Of a stretch of DNA of 64,000 bases, positions 15,240-30,969 are shown piece by piece. The notes beneath the pieces are model-generated. The model saw only the letters and a list, made by a program, of their open reading frames with translations, did no database searches and was not told where the DNA came from. This stretch comes from the human T2T-CHM13v2.0 reference genome, Homo sapiens, in the NCBI RefSeq assembly GCF_009914755.1, contig NC_060933.1. The stretch is one strand, 5' to 3'. The translations under genes were made by a program, and so were the position numbers. Position 1 is the stretch's first letter. Every line of letters begins with the position of its first letter.

Positions 15240-15545
15240 TTTCTGCAATGAGAATCTCCTTGAAAATTATTACTCTGGCTGTCTTGTGTACCACTGTATT
15301 CCTTCTGTCTGGCCTCATGTACTGACCTCCTAGTACATGATAGGAGGTCAATTAATATTTGTTATGAATCTTATTTAACATTCATGTGCTCCTGTAAGGT
15401 AGCTAGAGAGATCCTCTTTCTTCATTTTCACAGATGAAATGTATTTGGATAGCTTGTCCAATGTCACACAGTTAGTGAGTTAAGAGAGCTGTGATTCAAC
15501 CAAGCCTTCTTATTTTTAGGGCAATGCATCTTCTAGCACACCATA
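15240..15545. mobile_element. L2 3' end (+) followed by MIR (-)
   Basis: ccactgtattcc..gtacatgataggaggtcaattaatatttgttatgaat, then cattttcacagatgaaa..cttgtccaatgtcacacagttagt. Confidence 0.65.
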
Positions 15546-16049
15546 ATTGTCTCTTATTTTGTAAACGTGCACTTAATACCACCAGACAAATTCAAAATAC
15601 TTTATCACTAAAGTCTTCCTTAAGTGACTGCTTGTTGTTAGGATGCTCGTAAAAAAAATTTAATATAATTTAATATATAAAATTCACAATTTACATTTAT
15701 GAACATGAAGCTAACTAAAATCACTGCAATAATATCTAGAGAAATAAGTAAATAAATTTGAAGGAGATGATTTATTATTGAAACACTGGGCTCATTTTTG
15801 CCCTAATATAGCAGTGTATCTTGATTAAAGAAAAATCCAAATTATGGGAATTTCATTTTCCAAACAAGTCACAATTAACACTGGAAAATCAAAAGCTGGC
15901 TCCAGTCTGCAGCGATAATTTTCTTTAGTCCATATATATATATATTTTTTGGATACCAATTGAATCTTTCCCACCCCATGCTCCCACAAAAAAAAAAAAT
16001 CAGACATACAAATCACAGAAATTGTTGGCCTTTTTGAAGTATGCTACAG

Positions 16050-16630
16050 CCTCATTTCTTTCCATTCTTACTGCCAGCACCTATTACAAACCATTATCCT
16101 CTCTTCTCTGAATTGTCTCAAAAACCTCCTAGCTGATCTCCGTGCACCTGTTCTTATGCTCCTCTCACGTCAACACTGCAAGTAAAGTGATTTTTTAAAA
16201 AACACGATCTGATCTTGTTTCACGCTTGCTTAAACCCTCTCTGTGGCCTCTCATGCTCTTAGATTAACCCAATTCTTTAACATGGGCCAGAAGCTTCGCA
16301 GGATTTGGCCCTGCCTGACTCTGCTTCCAGTCACTCTTGTCCTTGCTCACACTAACACTTTCCCATTTCAGAACCTTTGCACATTCTAATTCCTCTGCCT
16401 GGAAAATTCTACCTTTACCCTCACCTAGCTAACTCCTGCTCCCCATCAGGTCTCAGCTTTCATGTCACTTCCTTGGAGAAGACCCCATGCTCTTCCAGGC
16501 CCTGCAACACACTTGTAATTGCTTTGTCAACATCCATCATCCCACCAGACTATACGTTGCTTGAGGCCAGACTTGATATCTATCTGGTCTGCAGCCCTAT
16601 GTTCAATGCCTAGCCCAGTGCCTGATGCAC
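16050..16630 (+). mobile_element. L2 fragment
   Basis: cctttgcacattctaattcctctgcctggaa..caggtctcagc..tgtcacttcctt..tgcctagcccagtgcctga. Confidence 0.8.
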
Positions 16631-16631
16631 A

Positions 16632-16808
16632 CTGTGTTTTACCAGCTCAAAGATGCATATTTTTTCCTATTTTTACAAATTTGAAATCAGGATCCATCTT
16701 TCAATCATTCATATGTCATAGTTTATTTGGCAGCATTTTTCTTTCCTAGTGTGGGTGAAATAATTGTGTATCTTACAATCAGAAGTATCTTACATTTAAA
16801 GAAATGGT
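16632..16808 (+). mobile_element. MER104-like TcMar-Tc2 MITE
   Basis: aagatgcatattttttc..tgaaatcaggat..tgtcatagtttatttggcagcatttttctttc..tcttacaatc..gaaat matches the recalled MER104 consensus. Confidence 0.7.
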
Positions 16809-18406
16809 GGCTGCCAAATGAATGACTACCTGTAATGAAAATGCCAGTAGTTCCTTTTTTTGTGTGTGTGTGCCTGAACACAGAAATTCTACTACTTATG
16901 AATGGCTGGGTTCTGAAAGGCAGTTTGCAAGCAGCGAAGCTAGAGAGCCAGCTGCTGGTTTCCTCCATTGGTAGTGGGTGGCATCGATTTGTCTTTACTC
17001 TAGTACTAGCTAGACATTATGCATGTTGGACGTTCACAGGGAGAGGAATGTTGTATCTGGGACAACTCATGCAAGCTCCTGCCTGCTGCTCTGGTGTCTG
17101 CTGATTCAACTTCTGTCAACACAATTCCATGTCCCAACCACTGCTGTCAGCACCTCCCCTGCCAAAGCTGATGTCACATCAGCTGCCCCAGCTCAGATCA
17201 GCTCCCCCATCACTGTCCTCCTTACACGCCAAATAGCTGTTTCTCCTGGCCAGCTGAACAGAGCAGTCCTTTGGTGTTCAGAAGACATCTTTCTCTATCA
17301 TATATTCAGATGCCTATGTTGGGAATGCAGCCAAAGCCCTGAGAGAGAAGCAAGGTGCTACAGAGTGCTTGATCACTCATCACATTCCCGCCTTGACCAT
17401 TGGTCCAGAGCCCTGAGGCTACCGGAATGGGTGAATCACTTCTTCTTGGAATCCCAGCATAACTCTGGGGCAATTCTAACAGAGAAGCAGCTATATATAG
17501 GGCCCAATACCTTCCAGTTTTGTCTTTTACATAAAACATTAGCTTGTTTTTCCCCCTTCTTAGGAATCAGCTTTTCCTCTGATGGAGGTTGTTTCACTCT
17601 GACCTTATCCTGAGAAAACTCCCTCCTTATCTGTGGGCATGTCTTGACTCTAGCAGAAGTAGACATAAGTAGAGCGGGTTTGTTCATTGACTGTGGCCTT
17701 TGATAAGTTGCATCCATGATAGACGAGGCTGCTATTTCTGGGTGTCCGCCCCCATCATTACCCATGCCCGGGGCTTTACAAAATAGCTGGGTTGAATCAC
17801 ACTGACAGAATCTTTTAGTCACTTTCAATTCTGCCAAGGAAATATAGGCATGAGCTTTCAGATTCTAAATTAACTTTGATTCCTACCAGATCCCAGTCCC
17901 TTTTAGGTCACAAAGCATCTGAAAACTCAGTTGAACACTTTCATTTAAAAAAAGGAAAGAGAACAGATAAGGGATAAATAATTGAAGCCAATAAAGGATT
18001 AAGATCTATGTCAAATAAAGATTTTATCCAAAATGTAAGAAAAACGGAGATCCCAATAAACTATTGAGATCTGTCCAAACTTTCCAACCCTGAATGGAAG
18101 CCAAGACAGAAATATCCAGTTAAAGGGGTCACTGAAATGTGGTTGGCTGAGGACTTTCCCCTCAAGAGCAGCTCATCCTGGCATTAGGAAGCTGGGCTGA
18201 ACAAGGAGCCACATGTGGATTTGAATCCAAAGAGCCAAAGAAGAACATCTGATGAGGCCACAACTGAGAGACCAGGAGCAGGTGTCAAAAGCTGAAATAT
18301 GGGCATAAGGGATGGAGGGAAAATATTGCAATGTATAGAAACATTAGGCTCCCCTAAGAAAACAAGTGAAATTATCACATGAACAATTTTTAAATGGGGC
18401 GCATAA

Positions 18407-18772
<366 letters not shown>

Positions 18773-19368
18773 TGAATTTTGAGTAATTTCTAATCTTCAA
18801 ATGGAATAATTGGACACCTGATTGAAGAAAGTCTCCAAGGCAAAGGACAGCCCCAATTTGTGAAGGGTGAAGGCTGGAGGACAGACACGGCCACCAGAGA
18901 GCAGGGACCACTTCACTTTGAAAATGCACTTGATGCCATAGAAAAATCTTTGGGAATCAGCTGTACTGGCAGCCCAGGAGAAACCTGTTGCACTCAGCAG
19001 AAAACCCAAGACAGCAGGGTTTCACTCTGAGCAGGAGTCTCTCTTAAATGGCTCTGCTCTTTTCTGATATGGCCAGCTTTCCCTGATGTGGAAGACAGAA
19101 ATACAAGCAGGCTGTCGGTCACAGACACTCTGCCTTCATGGATTGAAGGCTAAGGCAGACAGAGATTTGGGTGCAAGTTTTGTTAACATAAACTTCGCCT
19201 TGTACAAGATCCCTCCTACCCATAGGCTGCTGCATCCTTGAATGAGGACTACAATCAACCAGCCCTCCAGTTAAAGACTTAAGGATTCTAGATTCATCCA
19301 AGTAAGACCTAAGGAGAATTCACTTGCCTTAATTTTGGGCAAATATAGGACCAAATATTCAGATATAA

Positions 19369-19373
19369 ACACA

Positions 19374-19427
<54 letters not shown>
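19369..19427. repeat. (CA)n microsatellite, about 29 units
   Basis: Direct reading; one TA interruption. Confidence 0.97.
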
Positions 19428-19429
<2 letters not shown>

Positions 19430-19569
19430 CCACAGAAGGGCTATAAAATATCTCCTACAACTTAGAGGATAAATGTAACACTCAGAGATAGAAAAAGGTT
19501 GTTCCTAAAATACACATTTTTCTCAGGCCATAGAAGTACATTTTGGAGAGCATCTGCCTTATACCCTTG

Positions 19570-21189
<1,620 letters not shown>

Positions 21190-21879
21190 TAACAAATATT
21201 TATCTGGAATTTTCTTCTCTATTCTGCAGTAATTTTTCTTCATAGCTTGGAATAATTCCATGTCAGATATAAATTCCTCATCTGGTTTTCACTTTTTAAC
21301 TTCCTTCATTCTTTTCGTTTTCATAGTTTCTATGCATAGGTACCATAGTGGGTCTTTTAAATTTACCTCTCCCTTGAGAATGGGGTCATTCTACCAGAGG
21401 CTGCTACTTGCTCAAGAGTGGTCTGCATGGCTGGGGCAAAGGAGTGATCTGAAATGCTGACAGTGTCTGTCCTGGGTCATTCTTTCTGAATATATTCAGA
21501 GATAGTCTTTTTTCTAATTTTCATTGTTTGCCCATTTCAGATAAGCAGACCACCCACACAGGAGGTATGTCTGGCTCGCAGAAAATCCTAACTCACAACT
21601 GGAGGCCCATCTCATTTACTTTTAGAGAAATCTGGACCATGCCTGAAATCTGGAGGGTTATGTATCATCTCTCAGCATTCTTCTTCAAATTGATTCCAAA
21701 TTCACCAATTTGGCAGATATTCTCTCTAGTCTGATTGGTACTTGTAGCTCTAGCTATATTTCTTCTAGATGCATTTTTCTTTTCTGCTTTATGTTCCGTG
21801 GATTATTTTAATAGGTTACACACTGGAGACTATAGTAAACAGACTTTTTACCAGAAGTCCAATGTAGTCTTTTAAAAAT

Positions 21880-22530
21880 AAAAATCTGATGTTACCCCAT
21901 CATTCTGCTGCCTCCATCATCTGCTTTCCACCCACATCTCCCCTTTTTCTCCTTCACTCTTCTGCTTCATGTGACACTTGTTCTGTTGCTCTCCTCTGAA
22001 AGCTGTGCCCTTGCGCTTCTTGTTCCCTCTCCCTGGAAGGCTCTCTCCTTCACGCCGTTTCTTGGCCAATTCCATTTCTACTTGAAGCTCAGTTTAAGCA
22101 TCACTTATCGAGGATGCTTTTTCTGAACACTCTAAGCAAATATCCATACGTGTTCCCCCACTTACTATGTCAAATCTCCCTTCAACATCTGTTAGAAAGT
22201 CCCATAAGAACATCTCGATTTCTCTCAATGTTGTAATCATGTGGTTTGGGCAACAAATACTGAATTCAAATTTTTAAATTATAATATTCAAAGGAAGTTT
22301 CTCTAATCTACACTGGACATGTTCGCAGCAAAGTACAAACGCATTGTGAATTCATTTGAAGTGTTGCATGTTTGTGTCTGTTACAGATATTCACACTAGA
22401 ACAAGCATAATTTAATGAGAGTGTTTAATAATAATGGGTGTTCCAGAAACCTGTTTCATAAAGTTCACCAGGGCCTAGGCTACTGCCTGGCACATAGAAG
22501 ATGCTCAATAAATATTTGTTAAACAAATGA
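21880..22530 (+). mobile_element. L2 fragments including the 3' end
   Basis: tgttccctctccctggaaggctct..gctcagtttaagcatcactt; tgcctggcacatagaagatgctcaataaatatttgtt. Confidence 0.75.
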
Positions 22531-22723
22531 ATGATTGCTATATCCTTGAGATTTATCTCTCTACCCAATACATAGTCCAATCTACATCCAAATAAAAGGT
22601 AACTAGGAGGTAGGAAGTACCATTGGGGTGGAAGAGAGAATAGTCCCTCAAGATAAATCAGGGTGTTGACTCAAGTTGTTTTGTCAGCTTGTCTCATTTT
22701 GTTTTCCTACTTCTTATTCATAG

Positions 22724-22932
22724 GTAACCACTTTGTAAACCTAGATGCAAAATGGAAAGCCTACAGATTCCATGCTAACGAGCTGTGTGAGACATTCTCA
22801 GCATCTCTCCAGGCTGTCAAAGGGCTTAGATCAAGCATTCTTACACATTGCCTAAGCTCTTCTCAGACATATTTGCTCCAGGCTTTTATCAACTGCCAGG
22901 AAATGAGCAGCTGTGAGTTCCAAACCTAACAG
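22724..22932 (+). other. Candidate non-coding exon (209 nt) whose acceptor is immediately followed by GTAA
   Basis: Acceptor ttttgttttcctacttcttattcatag|GTAACC and donor CAG|gtatgt; stops in all three frames. Confidence 0.4.
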
Positions 22933-24186
22933 GTATGTGGAGCGGTCAGCATGTCCCATTCTGATCACTCAGGAGAGGAGACATTGTTTTGGGGTCAACT
23001 GTGTCTGATACCCCTTCCCTCTGACCAGTGACCAGCAGGAGTTTGTGTAAGCTCTGGGCTCCTGCTAAACTGGGGGATTTCTGCCCAAGGCACTCAGCCT
23101 GGGTACTTCTGCCAAGCAGCACTCAGCTTCCCAGATGCACTTAGCTCCCAGTGCCCAGTGTTTTTTGAAATGTCACGTGGGATTCCAAGGGCAGGCACAG
23201 ATAGCTCCGGTAGCCTCTACTGCCTGCATTACATGAGTTGGCACTAGATTGATTCTAATGTCTGTGCGCTGTTTAAAATGTGGTTCACTGTGATGCTGAA
23301 TTTGTTTTACCTTTAGAAAGCTCAGAATTTAATTAGCTTTTTTGTTTTCTTTTCAGCCCTTAATAGTATTGAAAGCCAACGGTTTTAACAGCTCTCAGGT
23401 TGTAGCTGGGTCTTAGTTTTTGCATGTAGTGCCTTTTTCCAACTAATTACTTTTTAAATGTAGTAAGAGTTCTTTTTTGCTTTAATCTGTCTTAGATTGA
23501 TATTACTGTGTTGTCTTTTAAATTGTATTAACTATTATTTGGGTGGCTTTAGGGGTTTTCTAAGTGTTAAGATTTCATTCCATTAGCTAGAATCATAGAC
23601 TTTTAGAGCTAGGAAGGCTCCTGACATATTTTCTAAATCTCTTCTTTTAGAAGTGAAGCAACTGAGGTAAATGTGTTAAGAGACTGGCTCAGGTTCTCTC
23701 AACTAGTGGTGAAGTTGGGATTAGGAAAACCAGGTTCTCTGGTGCTCATTTCAAAGGTATTTCCACTATAGATGCTTATCTTTTAAAGATATTTTCACAT
23801 GTTGTGCCTCAGAGTCACCACCACCACCTTTAATGAAAATACATCTGCCAACTTGTATGGAAAAGAAAAACGCAGTGAATGATAGGTACAGTCAATATAA
23901 TATTGTTACTTCCTCACCCAAGTACCAAGAAATGCCAATAGCCATGTCAGAAAGTCAACCAATGGTTAATTAGTACTAAGTGTTTCTGTGTGTTGGGTAC
24001 AGCAACTGCCGAAATGTAGATGCCCTCGTTTCTTATGATAGGGTCACAGGAGATATCAGAAAGTATAACATTCTAGTAAGCATATTGATGATATTGATTA
24101 TTTAGATTTCAGCAGTGGATATTGAGGGAGTTGCTTGGCATCCAGACATTTTCAAATGACACATGATAGGTTAAATAGCAGAAAAA

Positions 24187-24530
<344 letters not shown>

Positions 24531-25469
24531 TTAGTAATACTGATAGAGTACAATTAATTTAGTAAGGCTTTATATTTTTGGTTATAATAATAACAACAAT
24601 AATAGTTTTCATGGCATCTTATGGTTTGCAAAGCTCTTTCATATTTACAATCTCATTTAATTGTCACAATCAATATTTTAGATAAGTATCTCCCCTTTCA
24701 AAAGATGACATTGAGACTCTAAATCTCATAGCTTATCTGGGAGAAATTAGATTTTAATCCAGCTTCTTTCTATTCAAAAATCTCATGATCTTTCCATCGT
24801 CATTTCTTTCTTCAAAATTGATTCAACAAGAGGAAAATTATTAGCCTAATCTATCACATTAATAGACAAAGCAGCAAAAACTGGGTTTTGTGGCTGTATT
24901 AGAACAGTGGAAACAGCCTTCTTTGGATGAGTTCGTCCTGGTTCACATTTTGCCAATGAGGGAAACCTGTTCCAGAGGTGGGAAATAGCTCGAACTTCCA
25001 GTGAGATGGAGGCAGCTGGAACCTGAGTAGCTCAGATATATCTAGCAGACCACAGCGCTTCTCAGAAGACACACAAAGCCATGGCTTGGTCTTTTTATAC
25101 TTCTGTCTTTTTAGATTTCTGAAGACTCAGAATGGATACACACACACAGAAAAACACATTATATATAAACAATTTAATATTAATCTCAATGGAGAAACCA
25201 TAGAAGGGCATGCCCCCTCTAAAAAACAGGATATTGTAGTTTTTAATAGAGATTAGAGATACTCTATAATTAGAGATGCTCATGGAAAGAAATTCCCATA
25301 GAAAAGGAAAAGAGAAGATCACCTTCTAAAAATCTAAGGGAATCAATCCCAAACTTAAGTAAGGTAAACAGTTGCAGATGTCAAATTGATACATAATAAA
25401 CAATTCCTGCGAACCTGAGATAAATTGCCAGAAAATATCATAAAATAGCAACACACAACATCAAACAAT

Positions 25470-26340
25470 GTATTCATTCAACAAATGTTTATGAAGAGGC
25501 TACTACATGCCAAACCATGTTCTCAGCACTGGGGTTAGGGCCAAGAACAAAATAGACAAATCTCTGTCCTCAGGAAGTTTTCTTTCTAAGGGAGGGAGAC
25601 AGGCAAAGCCTAAGTGTAAATTGTGTCACACCTATGAATCTCAGTGCTGTGGGAACAACAATGAGCAGGGTAAGGGGAACAAGGACTGCAAGCAATGAGC
25701 ATGAGATGATACTTTTAAATAAGACGGTCCAGGCCATTGAGAAGGTCGCATCTGAGTCAAGGCCTGAAGGTCAGTGAATTCACCATGTGGATATTTGAGA
25801 AAAAAGTGTTCAAAAGACAGAGGAATTGGCCAGTGCAAAGGCTGTCAGGTGGGAGCCTCCCTGTGGGGTTAAAGAAACATCAAGGCAGGGAGAGTCCAGT
25901 GGCTTCTGTGTAGATGTTGGGCTGGACGAAGGAATATCACACACAGTCTTGGAGACCTTTGTATGATAGGAAGGATTTGGGCTTTACTCTGAGTACTTGA
26001 AGAACTGAGGCTTTATTCTGAGTGAAATACAGAGTCACACAGGTATTCAGCAGAGGCGTGTCACAATAGGACTTGGATTCTAAGCAGATCATTCTAGTGG
26101 CTGTGTTGAAGCACATCTCCACTGCCACCCTCCCCTCCTCTCCTACTCTGACTCCTACCTCCATCATCACTTACCTCAATTATTGTGGATAATAGAGGCT
26201 TGGGCCAAGGTCAGGGCGGTGGAGGTGATAAAAGACGACAAGTTCTGGATGTATTTTGAGGGAAGAGGCAACAAGATTTCCTGGGGTGGCATGTGAGAAG
26301 AAAAGGAGAATGCTCAGGATATAGGCCTTGACCAACTGGA
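25470..26340 (-). mobile_element. L2 fragment
   Basis: tattcattcaacaaatgtttat..ctactacatgccaa..cagtgcaaaggc..gatcattctagtggctgtgttga. Confidence 0.85.
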
Positions 26341-26567
26341 CAGATATTTAATAATTAAATAATACAAGACACATGGGAACTACTGGAAGAAGATGCTAAA
26401 AGCTTATGATATACTACTAAAATGAGGACTTTAATGGTCTTGTTCCCCTCTGTATCCCTAGAGCCTAGAACAATGCCTGGCACACAACAGGCACTCAATA
26501 AATACTTGTTGAATAAATTCATGAAATTAATAGTAATTATTAAAATCTCCTCTCTGAGCTAAGTTTA

Positions 26568-26751
26568 AGTTGGCAGTTCTCAAACTCTAGCGTGCAATGA
26601 AATCACCTCATTAAAAAACAGATTGCTGGACTCCATCCCCAGAGTTTCTGATTCGGTAGGTCTGGGATGTGACCCAAGAATTTGCATTTGTAAAAAATTT
26701 CTGGGCCATGCAGATGCCACCGCTTCAGGGACCACACTTTGAGAACCACTG
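26568..26751. mobile_element. MER5A hAT-Charlie MITE
   Basis: gcagttctcaaact..aaatcacct..cagattgctgg..cccagagtttctgattc..ggaccacactttgagaaccactg. Confidence 0.9.
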
Positions 26752-27006
26752 GTTTGAACTATGTGGCAATGTGGTCTGACAGTGGGTACCTCCCCACCAA
26801 GCCTGAGGCAAGCTCAACTCCTGCTTCTCTGCAGGCTTTCACACCCCAGCCCTTGTACCAGCTTTCATTGGCCAAATGGCTTCATCCCTTCCTGACCACT
26901 CAAGGTTCTTTCTCATTCTTGCTCCTTTGAACTTTTCCTTTTGGTTTTCAGTATAGCCATGTAGTTTTACATTTATAAGTAACATTTCTCCCTCTTTCTC
27001 TCTCTG

Positions 27007-27011
<5 letters not shown>

Positions 27012-27053
<42 letters not shown>
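27012..27053. repeat. (CA)n microsatellite, about 21 units
   Basis: Direct reading. Confidence 0.97.
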
Positions 27054-27054
<1 letters not shown>

Positions 27055-28494
27055 TAGCGTTAATAAGCAAAATACTATACCTCATTAAGGCTCTAATGTG
27101 TATTTCTTCCAAATAAATATTAACTCTTTATTCTTACCCTATCTGATAGTTTGCCTTTCCATTTTGGTTATGCAAAAACAATTTTAATTTTTATGTGGTA
27201 AAATCTGCCAGTCTTTGTTCTTTGTGATTCCTGCAATCATTTGTAACCTTCCTTGCTTTCCCCTAAACACCAGAAATTTTATGTTTTTTGCTTATATGTT
27301 TGTGTTTGATTGAATTCTTATATATTTGGCCATTTACTACATCCGGAATAATTCACCTCTGATATGAAATGGAGTATAAATGAATTTTCCCCCAAATGGT
27401 AATCTACTGCCTAGCACAAGCTGTAGCACACAGTGCGCCCTCACTGAATGTTTCCATGATTACAGAACACATCTCCGTGCTTTGTAGCAAATAATCCTAC
27501 TCTTCTCCCATTGAATTCTGTTTTATTTGGGGATTTGGATAAGCACAGTGTTCACCATCTTACCAGCCACCACCACTGCCTGCCTATATACACCCTATAG
27601 GAAAAGCAAATTTCTCCTGGAAATATTCAGTCCCTCTCAAGCAGTAAATCAGCAGTCAGAGCCCATCAGAAAATAATTAAGCATTAACTAGAGGCCAAAA
27701 TCCAAATACCCCTATAGATTTCTGACAACAAACAGAGACATGAGAATTGGAAAGGAAGAGGTAAGACAACCTCTATATGCAGATGGTCTGATTCTATATG
27801 TAGAAAACCCAAGGGAATTTAGAAAAAAACTTACCACAGATAATAGAATAATGTAGTTAGTAGCACATTATGAAAATCAATATATTCATTCCCCCTGATA
27901 GTCTTTTTCCAGAATATCAGACCCAAAAAATGAGGAGACTACACTCTATTGAGAGGCATCAACCTTGTTACAACCAAGAAATCCTTTGTTGATTTTATGG
28001 GGGGTTTTGGACGCCATTTTTAGAAAGCAAATGTCTACCAAATAAACAGCATTTATTTTTTAAAAATTCAACATATGGAAATCAATAGCTTTTCCTGAAT
28101 CTAAACATGAATAAACTGCATCTCAATCCAAACTGAGGCATATTTTACAAAATAACTGGTCCATACTCTTCAAAAATGTCAAAGTCAAGAAAGGCCAAGG
28201 AACTGTTCCAGAGTAAAGAAAGTAAAGAGACATGACAACAGAATGCATTGCATGATCCTGAAATAGATCCTGAGCTGGGGAAGAGGAGGCAAAGAGGATA
28301 AGCAACATTATTGGTTCAATTGATTAAAGTTAAATATCAGTTGCAGATTAAATAGTAGAGTATGATATTAAATTTTATTAACTTGAAAACTATATTGTGA
28401 TTATAAAAGAAATGTTCTTGTGCTTAGGAAATACACACTGAAGTATTTAGGGGTAAAAGAACACAATATCTCTAACTTTCAAATGGTTTGGGGG

Positions 28495-28498
<4 letters not shown>

Positions 28499-28561
<63 letters not shown>
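28499..28561. repeat. (TA)n(GA)n compound microsatellite
   Basis: Direct reading. Confidence 0.97.
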
Positions 28562-28572
<11 letters not shown>

Positions 28573-29329
28573 TGATAAAACAAATGGGTCAAAATGTAAA
28601 CAATGACTGAACCTGGGTAAAGGCATATATGTACGTGCCTTGCACAATTTTTTGGATTTTCTATACGCCTGGAATTATATAAAAATAAAATGTTTTATAG
28701 AAAAGTTGTAACCTCATGTTTACAAACATAAACTGGTTAGAAAATAAAATGGAAGATAAGGCCTATTTACACCAACACCTAACATAAATCTAACAAATGT
28801 CTAAAACCTTACGAGAAAAGTGAAAACATTCTCCAAAGACACACACACAAAATTTTATAAACAAAATAATATTCTTGGTTAGATAGTCTCAAATTCAGAA
28901 AGATGTCAATTCTCCCTAAATTAAATTGCAAATTTATTGTGATCCTAATAAAAATATTTTTTTTTCTTCTGGAGCTTAACAAGTTGATTATATGGTTCAT
29001 TTCAAAAGCAAGTAAGCAAAAGTAATTAGGATATCTCTGGAAAAGAAGCACAAGTGGAGAATGGGGCTAGCCCTAGCAGATATTAAAACATGTTTTAAAG
29101 GTTCTATCATTAAATGTGTCGTATTGGCATACAAATAAAGCAATAGAACTGAATAGAAACTCCAGAAATCAACCCAGTTTCATAAGAAAATTTAATGTAT
29201 GATGAAACAAATCAGTAGTGCAAAAATGATTTGGAATAAATGGATAGCCAGATGGAAAAAGATAAAATTTGAACCATCCCTCACATCATGCACTAGGATA
29301 AATTCTAATTGGATCAGAGATTTAAACGT

Positions 29330-29507
29330 GGAGAGAGGGAGGGAGGGAGGGAGGGAGGAAAGGAAGGAAGGAAGGAAGGAAGGAATGAAGGAAGGAAGGA
29401 AGGAAGGAAGGAAGGAAGGAAGGAAGGAAGGAAGGAAGGAGAGATGAGAGGGGAGGGGAGGGGAGGGGAGGGGAGGGGAGGGGAGGGAGAAGGGAAGGAA
29501 GGAGGGA
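29330..29507 (+). repeat. Polypurine tract: (GGGA)n, (GGAA)6-TGAA-(GGAA)12, (GGGGA)n
   Basis: Direct reading. Confidence 0.95.
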
Positions 29508-30314
29508 AAAAAGAAACCATATTGGTATTAAAAGTATGGGTCAGTCCTTCCATAACCTAGGAATGGGGAAAGGTTTTACCCTATGACTCAAAATCCAAAA
29601 GCCATAAGAAAAAGATCGATAGATTTGACTATACAAAAATTAAAAATCATTAAATTTTGCATAGCAGGACACACCAAAAAATAGTGAAAGGCAAATGACA
29701 AGCTGAAGAAAAAGAAACATTAACAACTTGTATCACAGACAACAGGGCAATCCTAATATATAAAGCACTTCTAAAAAGAGAGACTAAAAAGAGCAACAAC
29801 CTATAGAAAAATGAGCAAGAGCTATGTACAGACTGGCATAGAAAAAGAAATGCAAATAGCTCTTGATCATATGAAAAGATGCTCAATATAACTTACAATA
29901 AGGGAAACACAAATGAATAGGACACTGAGATAGCATTCCAAAAGTTTGACGACTGACAAGATTAGTGAAACAGGCACTGTCATGCATTGCTGGTGGGAAT
30001 ATAAAATGACATAATATAATCACTACAAAAGGGAATTTGGCCATATCTATCAAAATCATATATGCATTTACCCTTTGACCCAGCTATCCCACTTCTAGGA
30101 ATCTATCCCAAAGACATAGTGGCAAAAATACCAGAAGAGATATGCACAGGGCTACTCACTGCAGTATAATTTTCTATATCCTTTTGTCCAATAATTGATT
30201 GAATAAACTATGATGCATTTACATAGTTGAGACCTAAAAAGGGATAAATATGTATGTGTCTCTGTGTGTGTGTGTGTGTGCGCGTGTGTGTTTCCTAAAA
30301 TATACACACACTTT

Positions 30315-30663
<349 letters not shown>

Positions 30664-30969
30664 TTAGCTATAATTCTACTTCTAAAATTTTATCCCATAC
30701 AAATGATTGAAAATAAATTAAAGTTTGACCGCCTGGATGTTTTGTCATATGGAACAATTAGAAAAAACTTACATGTCCCATAGCAGGGGGTTGGTTAAGT
30801 AGAGTGTTTGTAGTGAATACAAAATAATTGGAGAGCTCCCTTCTCCAAGAAGGCTTCCCTGATGCCCCACATTTACACAGCTCACTGTGAGTGCCTCTCT
30901 ATGGCACTCATCACCTCATGCCTTGCTTTTGAATGATTTGTTTAGGGATGTGTTTCTTCCCTAGACTAA

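Noticed and set aside
17023-17613. Longest ORF (196 aa) as a protein-coding gene
   Set aside because: No recognisable domain, no supporting promoter or splice structure, and low-information composition; such a length can arise by chance in 64 kb.
18888-18904. CTCF-like CGGCCACCAGAGAGCAG
   Set aside because: Mismatch at a core G of the motif; cannot be supported without PWM scoring or ChIP data.
29199-29560. Arg/Glu/Gly- and Pro/Ser/Phe-rich ORFs
   Set aside because: Read-through of the GGAA/GGGA microsatellite.
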